From NCBI GenBank assembly GCA_964606345.1, contig CAZSFV010000002.1:4175-68174 (forward strand): a stretch of 64,000 nucleotides of DNA, written 5' to 3'. Below the pieces are notes generated by a model. The model had not been told where the DNA came from, did no database searches, and saw only the letters and a program-made list of their open reading frames with translations. The translations under genes and the position numbers were made by a program. The DNA comes from an uncultured Bacteroidaceae bacterium. GTDB taxonomy: Bacteria > Bacteroidota > Bacteroidia > Bacteroidales > P3. Every line of letters starts with the position of its first letter. Position 1 is the first letter of the stretch. This document shows, in pieces, positions 37,547 through 47,217 of this stretch.

Positions 37547-38710
37547 ATGAAACCATTGGAAATTGCAAAGAATATCTACTCTGTCGGAGTGAAAGATTGG
37601 AACGTGAGAAACTTTCACGGATACCTCACGCAAAGAGGCTCTACCTACAATTCTTATCTGATAATAGATGAAAAGGTAACGCTGATAGATACGGTCAAGG
37701 TACCTTTTTATGAAGAGTTCTTGGAAAGAATATCGCAAGTAATCGACTTGTCGAAAATAGATTATGTGATTTCGAATCACGTAGAGCAGGATCATGCGGG
37801 TTGCATGCCGAAGATAATGGCACATCTTCCCAATGCAACGGTGTTGACCACCGCAGCAGCAGAGAAAGAGCATAAGATGCACTATGATACAAGCAAATGG
37901 AAAGTTCAAACCGTCAAGACAGGGGACAGCATTTCGATAGGCAAACGTTCTTTGACGTTTTTGACTACTCCTATGGTGCATTGGCCGGACAATATGCTCA
38001 CTTACTGTCCGGAAGATAAGATACTTTTTTCCAATGACGCCTTTGGGCAACACTTGGCTCTTTCGGAGAGTTTTGACGACCAGGTAAGTCTCGACCTCAT
38101 TCTTGCAGAAGCAAAAAAGTATTACGCAAACATCGTAATGCCTTACTCTTCGCAAGTGGCAACTGCCTTGAATGCGGCAGCCGGTTTGGAAATAAAAATG
38201 ATAGCACCGGGACATGGAATGATTTGGAGAAAGAATATTGCGGCGATATTGGAGAACTACACGAAGTGGAGCCGTGGCGATATGGAGAAAAAGGCGGTGA
38301 TTGTGTTCGACAGCATGTGGCACAGCACAGAAAGCATAGCATACGCCGTCAGAAACGCCTTTGAGCAGAAGGATTACTCATTCCGCTTCTTCGATTTGAA
38401 GGCAAACCATGTTTCGGACGTGATTACAGAGTGTTTGGACGCCGAATACATTTGCGTCGGCAGCCCTACGCTGAACAAAAACATCATGCCTACGGTTGCA
38501 GCCATGCTTACATATATACAAGGGCTTATATGCAAGGGTAAGAAAGGCGTGTTGTTCGGTTCCTACGGCTGGGCGCCGCTCAATATGAAGATGATGCAAA
38601 GGTATTTTGACGAAAGCTATATAGAAACGGTTGCAAAATACAATGTGAACTTCGTACCGACGAAAGAAGACCTTGAAAAAATAACCGCAGACTTGGTATC
38701 GAAGATTTAA
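37547..38710 (+). CDS. Flavodiiron protein (FprA-type, metallo-beta-lactamase-like plus flavodoxin domains)
   Basis: Diiron motif NHVEQDHAG; flavodoxin-like VIVFDSMWHSTE...VGSPTLN. The ATG at 37547 (MKPLEIAKNIYSVGV) was chosen because it avoids overlap with the upstream gene. Confidence 0.85.
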   Translation: MKPLEIAKNIYSVGVKDWNVRNFHGYLTQRGSTYNSYLIIDEKVTLIDTVKVPFYEEFLERISQVIDLSKIDYVISNHVEQDHAGCMPKIMAHLPNATVLTTAAAEKEHKMHYDTSKWKVQTVKTGDSISIGKRSLTFLTTPMVHWPDNMLTYCPEDKILFSNDAFGQHLALSESFDDQVSLDLILAEAKKYYANIVMPYSSQVATALNAAAGLEIKMIAPGHGMIWRKNIAAILENYTKWSRGDMEKKAVIVFDSMWHSTESIAYAVRNAFEQKDYSFRFFDLKANHVSDVITECLDAEYICVGSPTLNKNIMPTVAAMLTYIQGLICKGKKGVLFGSYGWAPLNMKMMQRYFDESYIETVAKYNVNFVPTKEDLEKITADLVSKI

Positions 38711-38739
38711 TCGGCTGATAGAATAACTTCAAGACAAAA

Positions 38740-38779
38740 AGCAGTCGGCAAACACCGCACAAGGGTTTTGCCGACTGCT
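38740..38779. terminator. Bidirectional terminator between the convergent flavodiiron and TlpA-like genes
   Basis: Perfect 13-bp stem agcagtcggcaaa / tttgccgactgct, flanked by A and T runs. Confidence 0.8.
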
Positions 38780-38835
38780 TCTTTATATTTAAGCGAAACG
38801 AACACACGGATAGATGAACAGGCTATGCCGATTTG

Positions 38836-40047
38836 TCAAAGTTCGCTTTTGATGGCTTTTTCCACCTCCAAAGGGAACAAAGCATTGTACCCTTGATGCG
38901 AAAAGCATATCTTGCCTTTCTTGTCGACTATAAATATAGTCGGATAGGAGTAAACCAAGTATATTTCTTCCAACGTCTTCCTTTGAACGCTGCACACGTG
39001 ATAGCTTAGTCTGTTTCGTTTTACGAATTTACGGAAATGCCCGTTGTCGGTATCGTCATCTATCGGATTTAACGCTATTACCTCCAAACCTTTCTCCTTA
39101 TAATTCCTATAAAGCTGCTCTAAATCGGAAAGCATTTGGATACACGGCGGGCAGTTGTTGTAGTAGAAAGCAAGGATTACCACTTTGCCTTTCATGTCTT
39201 CAAGGTTCACAAGCTCGTTATTGCTGTCGGTCAGACGGAATCTTACAGCCTTATTGCCGTAAGCAAAAGAGCTTTGATCCTTCTCCTGCATTTTCCATTG
39301 CTCTTTCAGAGCCGAATACGATTTGTACTGCAAAGAGTAGGGTGATTTGTCGGAGCGGAAATCGAAATGATTGTCTGAAAACGCTGCATTGATGTCGGAA
39401 CGAATAAAACTTACGTTGTAAGTCCGTTGAAGCGTATCTTCGCTTTCCTGTTTGCAGGTTTTGATTTCAGATTTCACCGCTATGGGTTGATAAGATGAGA
39501 GACTGATGGTGTAAACCTCGTGTTTGTCAATCCAATTTCCCTTATTCTTTTCTTGTTTCCTCGTTTCAATCCTACTGCATATCTCTCCGTTTATAAGGGT
39601 GTCGCTCAATAGCGAGACGGAGACGTATTCCTTTTTCTTGTCAAAGAGTTTGGATTTCATCATATAGGGGTGCAGTGCAGGCATGTCTATCTTCTGTTCA
39701 AAGACATCAATATCCTCGTTCATGTATTGCTCTGCCACCTTGCTCGAATAGTCAATCATGGTGAAGTTCCTTTGGTCGTAAAACTGCCGACAGTCCGGCA
39801 GATTGTTGTGCAACTGCATTATACTGAACTTTGGCAGATGCTGCTTTGCTTTTGTCTTTTTGAAGCTCACCTTGTGCAGATATTTATGCTTGTTTTTTTG
39901 AGTTGCAACTTCGACAACGGCTTCGTAGTAAGCCGAAGTGGTCTGTTTGGCAGCCTTGTTGCAACGAGACATTATTTCATCTGCACTTTGTGCTTGCGAA
40001 AGCATGCTTGCCAAGAGCGATGCCCCGATTATGATGATTTTTTTCAT
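38836..40047 (-). CDS. TlpA/AhpC-TSA family thiol-disulfide oxidoreductase with an N-terminal accessory domain (secreted)
   Basis: Signal peptide; thioredoxin fold with VVILAFYYNNCPPCIQM (CPPC active site). Confidence 0.75.
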   Translation of the reverse strand: MKKIIIIGASLLASMLSQAQSADEIMSRCNKAAKQTTSAYYEAVVEVATQKNKHKYLHKVSFKKTKAKQHLPKFSIMQLHNNLPDCRQFYDQRNFTMIDYSSKVAEQYMNEDIDVFEQKIDMPALHPYMMKSKLFDKKKEYVSVSLLSDTLINGEICSRIETRKQEKNKGNWIDKHEVYTISLSSYQPIAVKSEIKTCKQESEDTLQRTYNVSFIRSDINAAFSDNHFDFRSDKSPYSLQYKSYSALKEQWKMQEKDQSSFAYGNKAVRFRLTDSNNELVNLEDMKGKVVILAFYYNNCPPCIQMLSDLEQLYRNYKEKGLEVIALNPIDDDTDNGHFRKFVKRNRLSYHVCSVQRKTLEEIYLVYSYPTIFIVDKKGKICFSHQGYNALFPLEVEKAIKSEL

Positions 40048-40122
40048 GTTTTATCTGTATTATTGCAAAAAGGGGAATCCCAAGAAAAGACTCCCCCGAT
40101 GTGTTATTGCATTTTATTTCTT

Positions 40123-42831
40123 CTACATGCCTACTGCCGCCTGTGCTGCTGCCAATCGTGCAACCGGAACTCTGAACGGCGAGCATGAAACGTAGTTCAT
40201 GCCTGTGTGGAAGAAGAACTCTACCGATGCAGGGTCGCCTCCGTGTTCTCCACAGACGCCTATTTTAAGCGAAGCCTTGGTTGAACGACCTTTTTCCACA
40301 CCAAGCTTCACGAGTTGTCCCACTCCCTCTTGGTCTAAGGTCTGGAAAGGATCGGCAGGCAGGATTTTCTTTGCCTGGTATTCGTGAATGATGGCGTTAA
40401 CGTCATCACGAGAGAAGCCGAAGGTCATTTGAGTCAAGTCGTTTGTGCCAAAGGAGAAGAAGTCTGCCACTTCGGCAATTTCGTCTGCCACCAAAGTTGC
40501 ACGCGGTATTTCTATCATGGTGCCGTACATGTATTCGATTTTTGCATTGGCTGCCTTTTCTACCTCTGCATGTACTTTGTCGCATATTTCCTTTTGGTGC
40601 TTCAACTCAGTTACCGAAACGGTTAGCGGAATCATTATTTCCAAGTGAGGTTCAAAGCCTTCTTTTCTCAATTCTGCCTCTGCCTCAAACAGAGCTCTGA
40701 ATTGCGTCTCGCTTATTTCGGGATACACAACTCCAAGTCTGACACCTCTCAATCCCATCATCGGATTCACTTCGTTCAATCCCTCAATTCTGTCCTCCAA
40801 TTCGGCGGAATTGATGTTCAATTCCTTTGCAAGCAAGTCTATTTTGTCCTTTGTGTGAGGCACAAATTCGTGCAAAGGAGGGTCGATAAGGCGGAATGTA
40901 ACCGGTTTCTTGTTCATGATTTTCATCGTTCCCTTAACCGATTGTTTGATATGAATATGTAGTTCGTTCAACCACTTTTTGCGTTCTTCGGTAGAGCCGG
41001 AGAGTATCATCTTCCGCAATAGAGCGAGAGGCGTTTCCGAGTTCTTTCCGTAGAACATGTGTTCTATTCTGAACAATCCTATACCTTCTGCTCCGAAGTC
41101 AAGAGCTTGTTGAGCGTCCTCGGGAGTGTCGGCATTGGTTCTCACTCCCATGGTGCGATATTTGTCTACTATCTTCATGAACTGCTGGAACAAAGGATTT
41201 TCAGTTGCGTTAATCATTGCCACAGGCTCATCGTACACAATTCCTTTGGTTCCGTTCAAGCTCAAAACATCGCCCTCTTTATATGTTTTGCCGGCTATGC
41301 TTATTGTTTTAGTCTCTGCGTTTATCTGCAAAGCATCACAGCCCACTATACAGCATTTTCCCCAGCCTCTTGCGACCAAGGCGGCGTGTGATGTCATACC
41401 TCCGCGGGCTGTAAGTATACCATTGGCTGCACGCATTCCCTCAACATCTTCCGGATTGGTCTCTTCTCTTACCAATATATTGCTTTTGCCTTCTTTTTCA
41501 AGCCTCATTGCTTCTTCGCTTGTAAGAGCTATAACGCCGACCGCCCCTCCCGGACCGGCAGGCAGACCTTTTGCGATAATCTTGTGCTTTTTCTCGTCTT
41601 CGGTATCCAAAATAGGGTGCAGCAACTCGTCAAGCTGAGCAGGGGAAACCCTTCTTATGACTTCTTTTTCGTCAATCAAGCCTTCTTTTAGCATATCCAT
41701 CGCCATTGTCAAGGCGGCTACACCGGTTCTTTTGCCGACACGGCATTGCAACATGTACAATTTGCCGTCTTGAATGGTAAATTCTATGTCCAACATATCG
41801 TGGAAATTTTTCTCCAATATCTCACGAATGTTGCAAAGTTCCTTATAGGTTTCGGGCATAGCCTCCTGCATTGAATGCAAGTGCTTGTTCTGTTCGTTTT
41901 TGGTGTCGTCGTTCAACGGGTTTGGTGTTCTTATTCCGGCAACCACGTCCTCGCCTTGTGCATTGACCAACCACTCGCCATAGAAAAGGTTTTCGCCCGT
42001 TGCAGGGTTACGAGTGAAGGCAACACCCGTTGCGGAGTTGTCGCCCATATTGCCGAATACCATGGCTTGAACGTTAACCGCAGTACCCCAATCGTCAGGA
42101 ATTCCTTCTATTCTTCTGTACGACACAGCTTTCTTTCCGTTCCACGACTTGAAAACGGCTTTTATTCCGCCCTCCAACTGTTTTGCCGCATTGTCAGGAA
42201 ATTCAACGCCAAGGTTCTCCTTAACCGTCTTTTTAAATTCCTCTGCCAAGAACTGCAAGTCTTCGGTCGTCAATTCGGTATCGGATTTATAGGATTTGGA
42301 ATGCTTGTATTCGTCCAACATGTCGTCCAACAAACGTCTGATACCCACACCCTTTGCCGGTTCCAAGCCTTCGGCTTTTTCCATAACCACGTCGGCATAC
42401 ATCATTATAAGACGTCTGTAAGAGTCATAAACGAAACGAGGATTGTTCGTCTTCTTTATCAATCCCGGTATGGTATCTGAGCAAAGACCTATGTTCAAGA
42501 CCGTGTCCATCATTCCCGGCATGGAGCTTCTCGCTCCGGAGCGACAAGAAACCAAAAGACAATTTTCTTTGTCCCCGTACTTCATGCCCATAATTTCTTC
42601 CGTCTTTCTCATTCCCTCCCAAACTTGATCCATCAGACCCTTAGGAAGCTCGCAATTATGGTCATAATAATCGGTGCAACACTCCGTCGTGATGGTCAAT
42701 CCGGCAGGAACCGGAAGTCCCAACAAACACATCTCAGCCAAATTCGCACCTTTTCCGCCCAACAAGTTTTTCATGTCAGCCTTACCTTCCGCTGTCTTTC
42801 CGCCAAAGGTATAAACATACTTCTTTGTCAT
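40123..42831 (-). CDS. ppdK: Pyruvate, phosphate dikinase
   Basis: 902 aa; N-terminus KYVYTFG....EG...MKNLLGGKGANLAEM; phosphohistidine motif GGMTSHAALVARGWGK; C-terminal PEP-utilizer TIM barrel. Confidence 0.95.
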   Translation of the reverse strand: MTKKYVYTFGGKTAEGKADMKNLLGGKGANLAEMCLLGLPVPAGLTITTECCTDYYDHNCELPKGLMDQVWEGMRKTEEIMGMKYGDKENCLLVSCRSGARSSMPGMMDTVLNIGLCSDTIPGLIKKTNNPRFVYDSYRRLIMMYADVVMEKAEGLEPAKGVGIRRLLDDMLDEYKHSKSYKSDTELTTEDLQFLAEEFKKTVKENLGVEFPDNAAKQLEGGIKAVFKSWNGKKAVSYRRIEGIPDDWGTAVNVQAMVFGNMGDNSATGVAFTRNPATGENLFYGEWLVNAQGEDVVAGIRTPNPLNDDTKNEQNKHLHSMQEAMPETYKELCNIREILEKNFHDMLDIEFTIQDGKLYMLQCRVGKRTGVAALTMAMDMLKEGLIDEKEVIRRVSPAQLDELLHPILDTEDEKKHKIIAKGLPAGPGGAVGVIALTSEEAMRLEKEGKSNILVREETNPEDVEGMRAANGILTARGGMTSHAALVARGWGKCCIVGCDALQINAETKTISIAGKTYKEGDVLSLNGTKGIVYDEPVAMINATENPLFQQFMKIVDKYRTMGVRTNADTPEDAQQALDFGAEGIGLFRIEHMFYGKNSETPLALLRKMILSGSTEERKKWLNELHIHIKQSVKGTMKIMNKKPVTFRLIDPPLHEFVPHTKDKIDLLAKELNINSAELEDRIEGLNEVNPMMGLRGVRLGVVYPEISETQFRALFEAEAELRKEGFEPHLEIMIPLTVSVTELKHQKEICDKVHAEVEKAANAKIEYMYGTMIEIPRATLVADEIAEVADFFSFGTNDLTQMTFGFSRDDVNAIIHEYQAKKILPADPFQTLDQEGVGQLVKLGVEKGRSTKASLKIGVCGEHGGDPASVEFFFHTGMNYVSCSPFRVPVARLAAAQAAVGM

Positions 42832-43262
42832 TGTCTCATTCTGAAATTAGTAAATAATATATTGATATAAAACTCTTTCAATGAACATCTTTCCTCTTTC
42901 GGCAGGGTTAATCGCCCCGTTTGCCGAAAGGAGTTTGCAAAGATACCAAAAAATACGGTATCTTCGCAGCCCTTATTGCTGTTTTTTTACTTGTCTATGT
43001 TTGTCTTACGATGCTTTCTGCACTCTTGCCTCTCTGTTTGTATCGTTTGGTTTTGCCATACGAACGAAACGACCGCCGAGACAAAATTACCCGCATGCGA
43101 TACCGCACTTCGAATAATACAACTCAACATAACCAAAGTTCAATGCCCTGAACAATTCTTCCTCAAAGCAGCCAAAGCCGGTCGAATGCTTTCTTGGCGG
43201 ACGAGGAATAAGAATGTGAAATACTGTTTTGTGCAACGATTGTGGCGAAACGCAAAAAGAAG

Positions 43263-43335
43263 AAAATGAATGGCTGATTCAAAAAATTCTTTCGCCGATT
43301 CATTTTTTTGAATCAGCCATTCGTTTCGGTGGAAC
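43263..43335. repeat. Dispersed palindromic intergenic repeat, locus D
   Basis: aaaatgaatggctgattcaaaaaattctttcgccgattcatttttttgaatcagccattcgtttcgg. The outer units are mutual reverse complements. Confidence 0.85.
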
Positions 43336-43510
43336 GGCGTTTGGGTGGAGGGTATGCAGAATTGGGGTGATTTGATTGGTTGAAAAAGGGGATTTAGGGG
43401 CGTTGCGAACGTTGGGTGTTTGAAGACAATTTGAGCATGTGGTTGCGACGGGTTGCGTCTCGGGTATGGACTGCTTTTCGCTTTCGTTCTTCTCATTCGC
43501 CTTTTTGTTA

Positions 43511-43518
43511 TACCTTTG
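43511..43518 (+). promoter_or_regulatory. Bacteroidetes -7 box (TACCTTTG)
   Basis: 16 nt upstream of the ATG at 43534, which implies a very short leader. Confidence 0.4.
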
Positions 43519-43533
43519 CAAACAAAAAGAACA

Positions 43534-44058
43534 ATGGTATTCAAATTCAGAGCCGTCGAATTGGAGGACGTGGATTTGTTCTACGAATGGGAAAACGATA
43601 TGGCAACATGGGAGGTGGGGAATACGCTCCGCCCGTTTTCGCGTTTTGCTTTGGAACAATATGTGATGCAATCGCAGAACGAGAGTTTCTATTCGGCAGG
43701 ACAAATGCGGCTTATGGTCGACTTGGAAGAAGATGCCGGCGTCAGAACCATAGGTTGCGTGGATTTGTTCGACTTTGAGCCGAGAGACCTGCGATCAGGC
43801 ATGGGTTTGTTCATTCGAAAAGAGGAAAGAAAAAAAGGTTACGCAAAAGGGATATTGGACTTGCTGTGGAACTATGTTGTAAAGGTGTATTCCCTCCGAC
43901 AGATTTACTGCTTTGTGCCGGTCGATAACATGGCGAGCAAACGCATGTTGCTTTCGGGCGGTTTTGAACACACTGCCACATTAAAAGATTGGATATACAT
44001 TGACGGAAAACCCAAAAACGTGGAGGTCTATCAACGATTAAAAACTCACCGACAATGA
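43534..44058 (+). CDS. GNAT family N-acetyltransferase
   Basis: About 174 aa starting at MVFKFRAVELEDVDLFYEWEND. Acetyl-CoA motif region GLFIRKEERKKGYAKG. Confidence 0.75.
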   Translation: MVFKFRAVELEDVDLFYEWENDMATWEVGNTLRPFSRFALEQYVMQSQNESFYSAGQMRLMVDLEEDAGVRTIGCVDLFDFEPRDLRSGMGLFIRKEERKKGYAKGILDLLWNYVVKVYSLRQIYCFVPVDNMASKRMLLSGGFEHTATLKDWIYIDGKPKNVEVYQRLKTHRQ

Positions 44059-45056
44059 AAAACAGAAAAAAATTGGCAGCAATATTGATTGCTGTCGGCA
44101 TTTTGCTTTTTGCAACAGGCATAAGCTCTGCACTGCTTCTCGGTGCAAAGGTCAAAAACAGCGAAACGGTGGATTTGTACATCTATCCGGCAAGTTCTTC
44201 CGAAGAAGTATTGACTCAACTACGGCAAAAAGGAGTGCTGAAAAGCACCGGCGTATTTTCTTTCTTTACAAAGGTTCTTTCGGATAAGGCATCTTTCAAA
44301 AGCGGACACTACTGCATCGAAGCCGAAACGACTCAGCTCAATCTGGCAAAGCAACTTGTCCGAGGTATGCAGACGCCGGTTCGATTGGTAATAGGAAAAG
44401 TCAGAACACAAGAGGAATTTGCCGAAAAGATGGCAAAGCAACTGATGATAAGTGCGGCAGATGTGAACAATGCGATACTCAAAACAGAAGACAGTTCCAA
44501 CATTTTCGACTACATAATACCGAATACTTACGAGGTTTATTGGAACATTGGGGCTGAAAAGCTGTTGCAAAGGCTGAAAAGGGAAAGCGATAAATGGTGG
44601 AGCGGCAAAACAAAGCAGCTCGAAAGGCTCGGTTTAAGCAGGCACGAGGTTGTGGTTCTTGCTTCCATTGTTGAAGAGGAGACAAACAAAAACAAGGAAA
44701 AACCAATCATTGCAGGCGTCTACATAAACAGGCTTCAGCGAGACATGCTCTTGCAGGCAGATCCCACAATCAAGTATGCGGTAGGCGATTTCAGCATAAA
44801 AAGGGTTATGTACAAGCATTTGCAGACGGACTCTCCCTACAATACATATATGCATAAGGGCTTGCCGCCCACAGCTATCTGTCTTCCTGAGCAGAGTTCA
44901 CTGAATGCGGTTCTCGAATATGAGAAACACGACTATATTTTCTTCTGTGCGAAAGACGATTTTTCTGGTTATCATAATTTTGCAAGGACTTCGGCTGAGC
45001 ATTATGCGAATGCGGACAAGTATCGTGCAGCTCTAAACCGTGCGGGCATAAAATAG
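44055..45056 (+). CDS. mltG: Endolytic murein transglycosylase MltG (YceG-like)
   Basis: N-terminal transmembrane segment; VVVLASIVEEET catalytic region; LQADPT..Y; SPYNTY...GLPP.AI..P. Confidence 0.9.
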   Translation: MKNRKKLAAILIAVGILLFATGISSALLLGAKVKNSETVDLYIYPASSSEEVLTQLRQKGVLKSTGVFSFFTKVLSDKASFKSGHYCIEAETTQLNLAKQLVRGMQTPVRLVIGKVRTQEEFAEKMAKQLMISAADVNNAILKTEDSSNIFDYIIPNTYEVYWNIGAEKLLQRLKRESDKWWSGKTKQLERLGLSRHEVVVLASIVEEETNKNKEKPIIAGVYINRLQRDMLLQADPTIKYAVGDFSIKRVMYKHLQTDSPYNTYMHKGLPPTAICLPEQSSLNAVLEYEKHDYIFFCAKDDFSGYHNFARTSAEHYANADKYRAALNRAGIK

Positions 45057-45249
45057 AAAAAGGGTAAGCTACTTATATCGCACCGCTCAACCTCTTTACC
45101 TTGCTGCGTTCCCGCCCTGGGGAGATTCCGAGGGAGCTGGTCGTACAAGACTTACCCGACTGCAAAAGTACAATAAAAAAACAATTTCGCAAGGCTTTGT
45201 TTCAAAATATTTTTCGCTACTTTGGAGAATACTTTGACGGTCAAGGGCT

Positions 45250-47154
45250 TTACTTGTTGCAGGAGGTGGTTCCGTTTTTCAGCATATCGCTGCTTTTTTG
45301 CAGCATACAGTAGGCATAAGTCCGCATTTCTCTTGCTTTGGCTTCGTGTATTCCTATCAGATTTTGCTTTTTGGTATCGGATAAGCGGTAAAGCGTTTCC
45401 TTGCCGGAGCGTTCGTTTATGTAAAAATACTCATTGTCCAAAACTCCGAGCTTGTCATCTGCACTGAAATAGGCGTATTGCCTTTCCACTCTTTGCAAAT
45501 CCACGCCCAAGGTATTGTTTTCATAATCTGTGAACAGCATAGAGAGTACGGTGGGTGCAATATCTATCTGCAAAGCAAGGCAACTGTCCTTTTGTGCCGG
45601 TATTTGAGAGGGGCAGTACAGCAGCATGGGCGTATGATGATAGGACAAAGGCATTTCGTATTTGGAACCCGGTCGGGCGTAACCGTGATCTGCCACAAGC
45701 ACAAAGAGAGTGTTGGAAAACCAATCCTGCTTGCGGGCAAGCGAAATGAAGTGTCCTATTGTCCAATCGGCATATTCAACCATCTGTTGCCGCAAATCAT
45801 TGCTCTTTGGTTTGAATGCTATATCTGTCGGCAGGATATAAGGACCGTGATCGCTCGATGAGAGCAGGCATGCGAAAAAGGCTTTGCTCTTATCCCTCTT
45901 ATTGAGGGTTTCTATGGCTTTTTCATACATCACATGGTCGCTTACTCCGAGTGTGCTTTTGATTTCCTTTGACGGGTAGTCGCTTTGCGATATTATTTTC
46001 TGTATTTTGTTGGCATGAAGAAAGCCTGCTATGTTATCGAATTGGGCATCGTGTGTGGTAAAGTAGTAGGTTTGATACCCTCTTGCAGCCAAATTGTTCG
46101 GCAAACCGCACATTTGCGGTATCATTGTTGCTTTCATGCTGTGTTTGGAAAAGAGTGCGGGCTGGGCAAACAGTGTCGAATACAATCCGTTGTATGTATG
46201 AATGCCGGCTGTGTAGCATCTCTCGTAGCTCAACGAAGCATCTATAAGCCTGTCCAAGCATGGAGTCAATCGACTTTCTGCATTGAAATGCCCAACCTTG
46301 TCTGCGGACATGGATTCCATTATAAGCACTATCACGTTAGTGCCTTCGTGCAGTTTCAATGCCCGAGCGTTTTCTCTTTTTGCGTTCTTTTGTTTTATCC
46401 AAAGTGCGTTTGCCGTTTTGCTGTCGATGAGTTGCAGGGGCTTGTTGGCTGTTTTGCTGTGTTCTTCAATGCTTTTGAAGAGTGTAAACGAGGGATTCAA
46501 GCCGACGTAATTGAGAAAAGCGTTATCGCAATGGTATGCCGTGCCTACTCTTAGCGGACTTTTGGCTGCCAATCGTCCCCTCATTCCCACTGCACAGAGT
46601 GCTATGCATATCAAAGCAAAGGGTATGCTTTTGAACAACGATATATTTTTATTCGGAGACAGTAGCATTTTTCTGTAATACAGATTCATCAGCAACACAT
46701 AAAGGAAACAAAGCACTGCAAATAAGAGTGCGAATACCAAATAAGCCGGTTCCTGCACTACCATCTTGAAAAGAAAGTCGAAGGAAGAAAAATAGGAGAA
46801 TATGGTGGCGTTCAGGTGGGCGAAGAAGTAATTGAAGTAGGGTATGTCGGCGGCAGAGATCAGAAATGCAACGGAAAACACGCTGCAGGTAAAGATGTGT
46901 ATTATTTTGTAATACGTTTTGTTCTCAATTTTGGCAAAGCGACCGACCAACACAGCGACTATCGGCAGGGCAAGCAGGTAGCAGCTGATGCATGTGTCGA
47001 ACTGCACGCCTATTGCAAAGCTCTTCAAAAGCAGGGCATCGATTGCCACATCGTGTCCTGCCGTCATTATATATACTGCGACGAGCAGAAGTCTGAATAT
47101 TCCGAAAACCACGATTGCAGTCAGGTATGCAAGAAAAATATATGCCGTTTTCAT
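45250..47154 (-). CDS. LTA synthase/sulfatase-family membrane protein (phosphoglycerol/phosphoethanolamine-transferase-like)
   Basis: About 5 N-terminal transmembrane segments plus an extracytoplasmic alkaline-phosphatase-superfamily domain (VIVLIMESMSADK, VLVADHG). Confidence 0.75.
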   Translation of the reverse strand: MKTAYIFLAYLTAIVVFGIFRLLLVAVYIMTAGHDVAIDALLLKSFAIGVQFDTCISCYLLALPIVAVLVGRFAKIENKTYYKIIHIFTCSVFSVAFLISAADIPYFNYFFAHLNATIFSYFSSFDFLFKMVVQEPAYLVFALLFAVLCFLYVLLMNLYYRKMLLSPNKNISLFKSIPFALICIALCAVGMRGRLAAKSPLRVGTAYHCDNAFLNYVGLNPSFTLFKSIEEHSKTANKPLQLIDSKTANALWIKQKNAKRENARALKLHEGTNVIVLIMESMSADKVGHFNAESRLTPCLDRLIDASLSYERCYTAGIHTYNGLYSTLFAQPALFSKHSMKATMIPQMCGLPNNLAARGYQTYYFTTHDAQFDNIAGFLHANKIQKIISQSDYPSKEIKSTLGVSDHVMYEKAIETLNKRDKSKAFFACLLSSSDHGPYILPTDIAFKPKSNDLRQQMVEYADWTIGHFISLARKQDWFSNTLFVLVADHGYARPGSKYEMPLSYHHTPMLLYCPSQIPAQKDSCLALQIDIAPTVLSMLFTDYENNTLGVDLQRVERQYAYFSADDKLGVLDNEYFYINERSGKETLYRLSDTKKQNLIGIHEAKAREMRTYAYCMLQKSSDMLKNGTTSCNK

Positions 47155-47217
47155 GTGTCGGTTGTTTGTTATGTTTGCTTCTGTTCTCTTTTGATTTGTG
47201 GCTTTGTTGCTTTCCTG

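Noticed and set aside
45057-45249. Possible structured small RNA in the convergent mltG/LtaS-like intergenic region (gggtaagc … gacttaccc long-range pairing).
   Set aside because: I could find only one short, imperfect pairing by eye, and no recognisable motif of SRP RNA, 6S, tmRNA, RNase P or any known riboswitch. The evidence is insufficient without covariation analysis.
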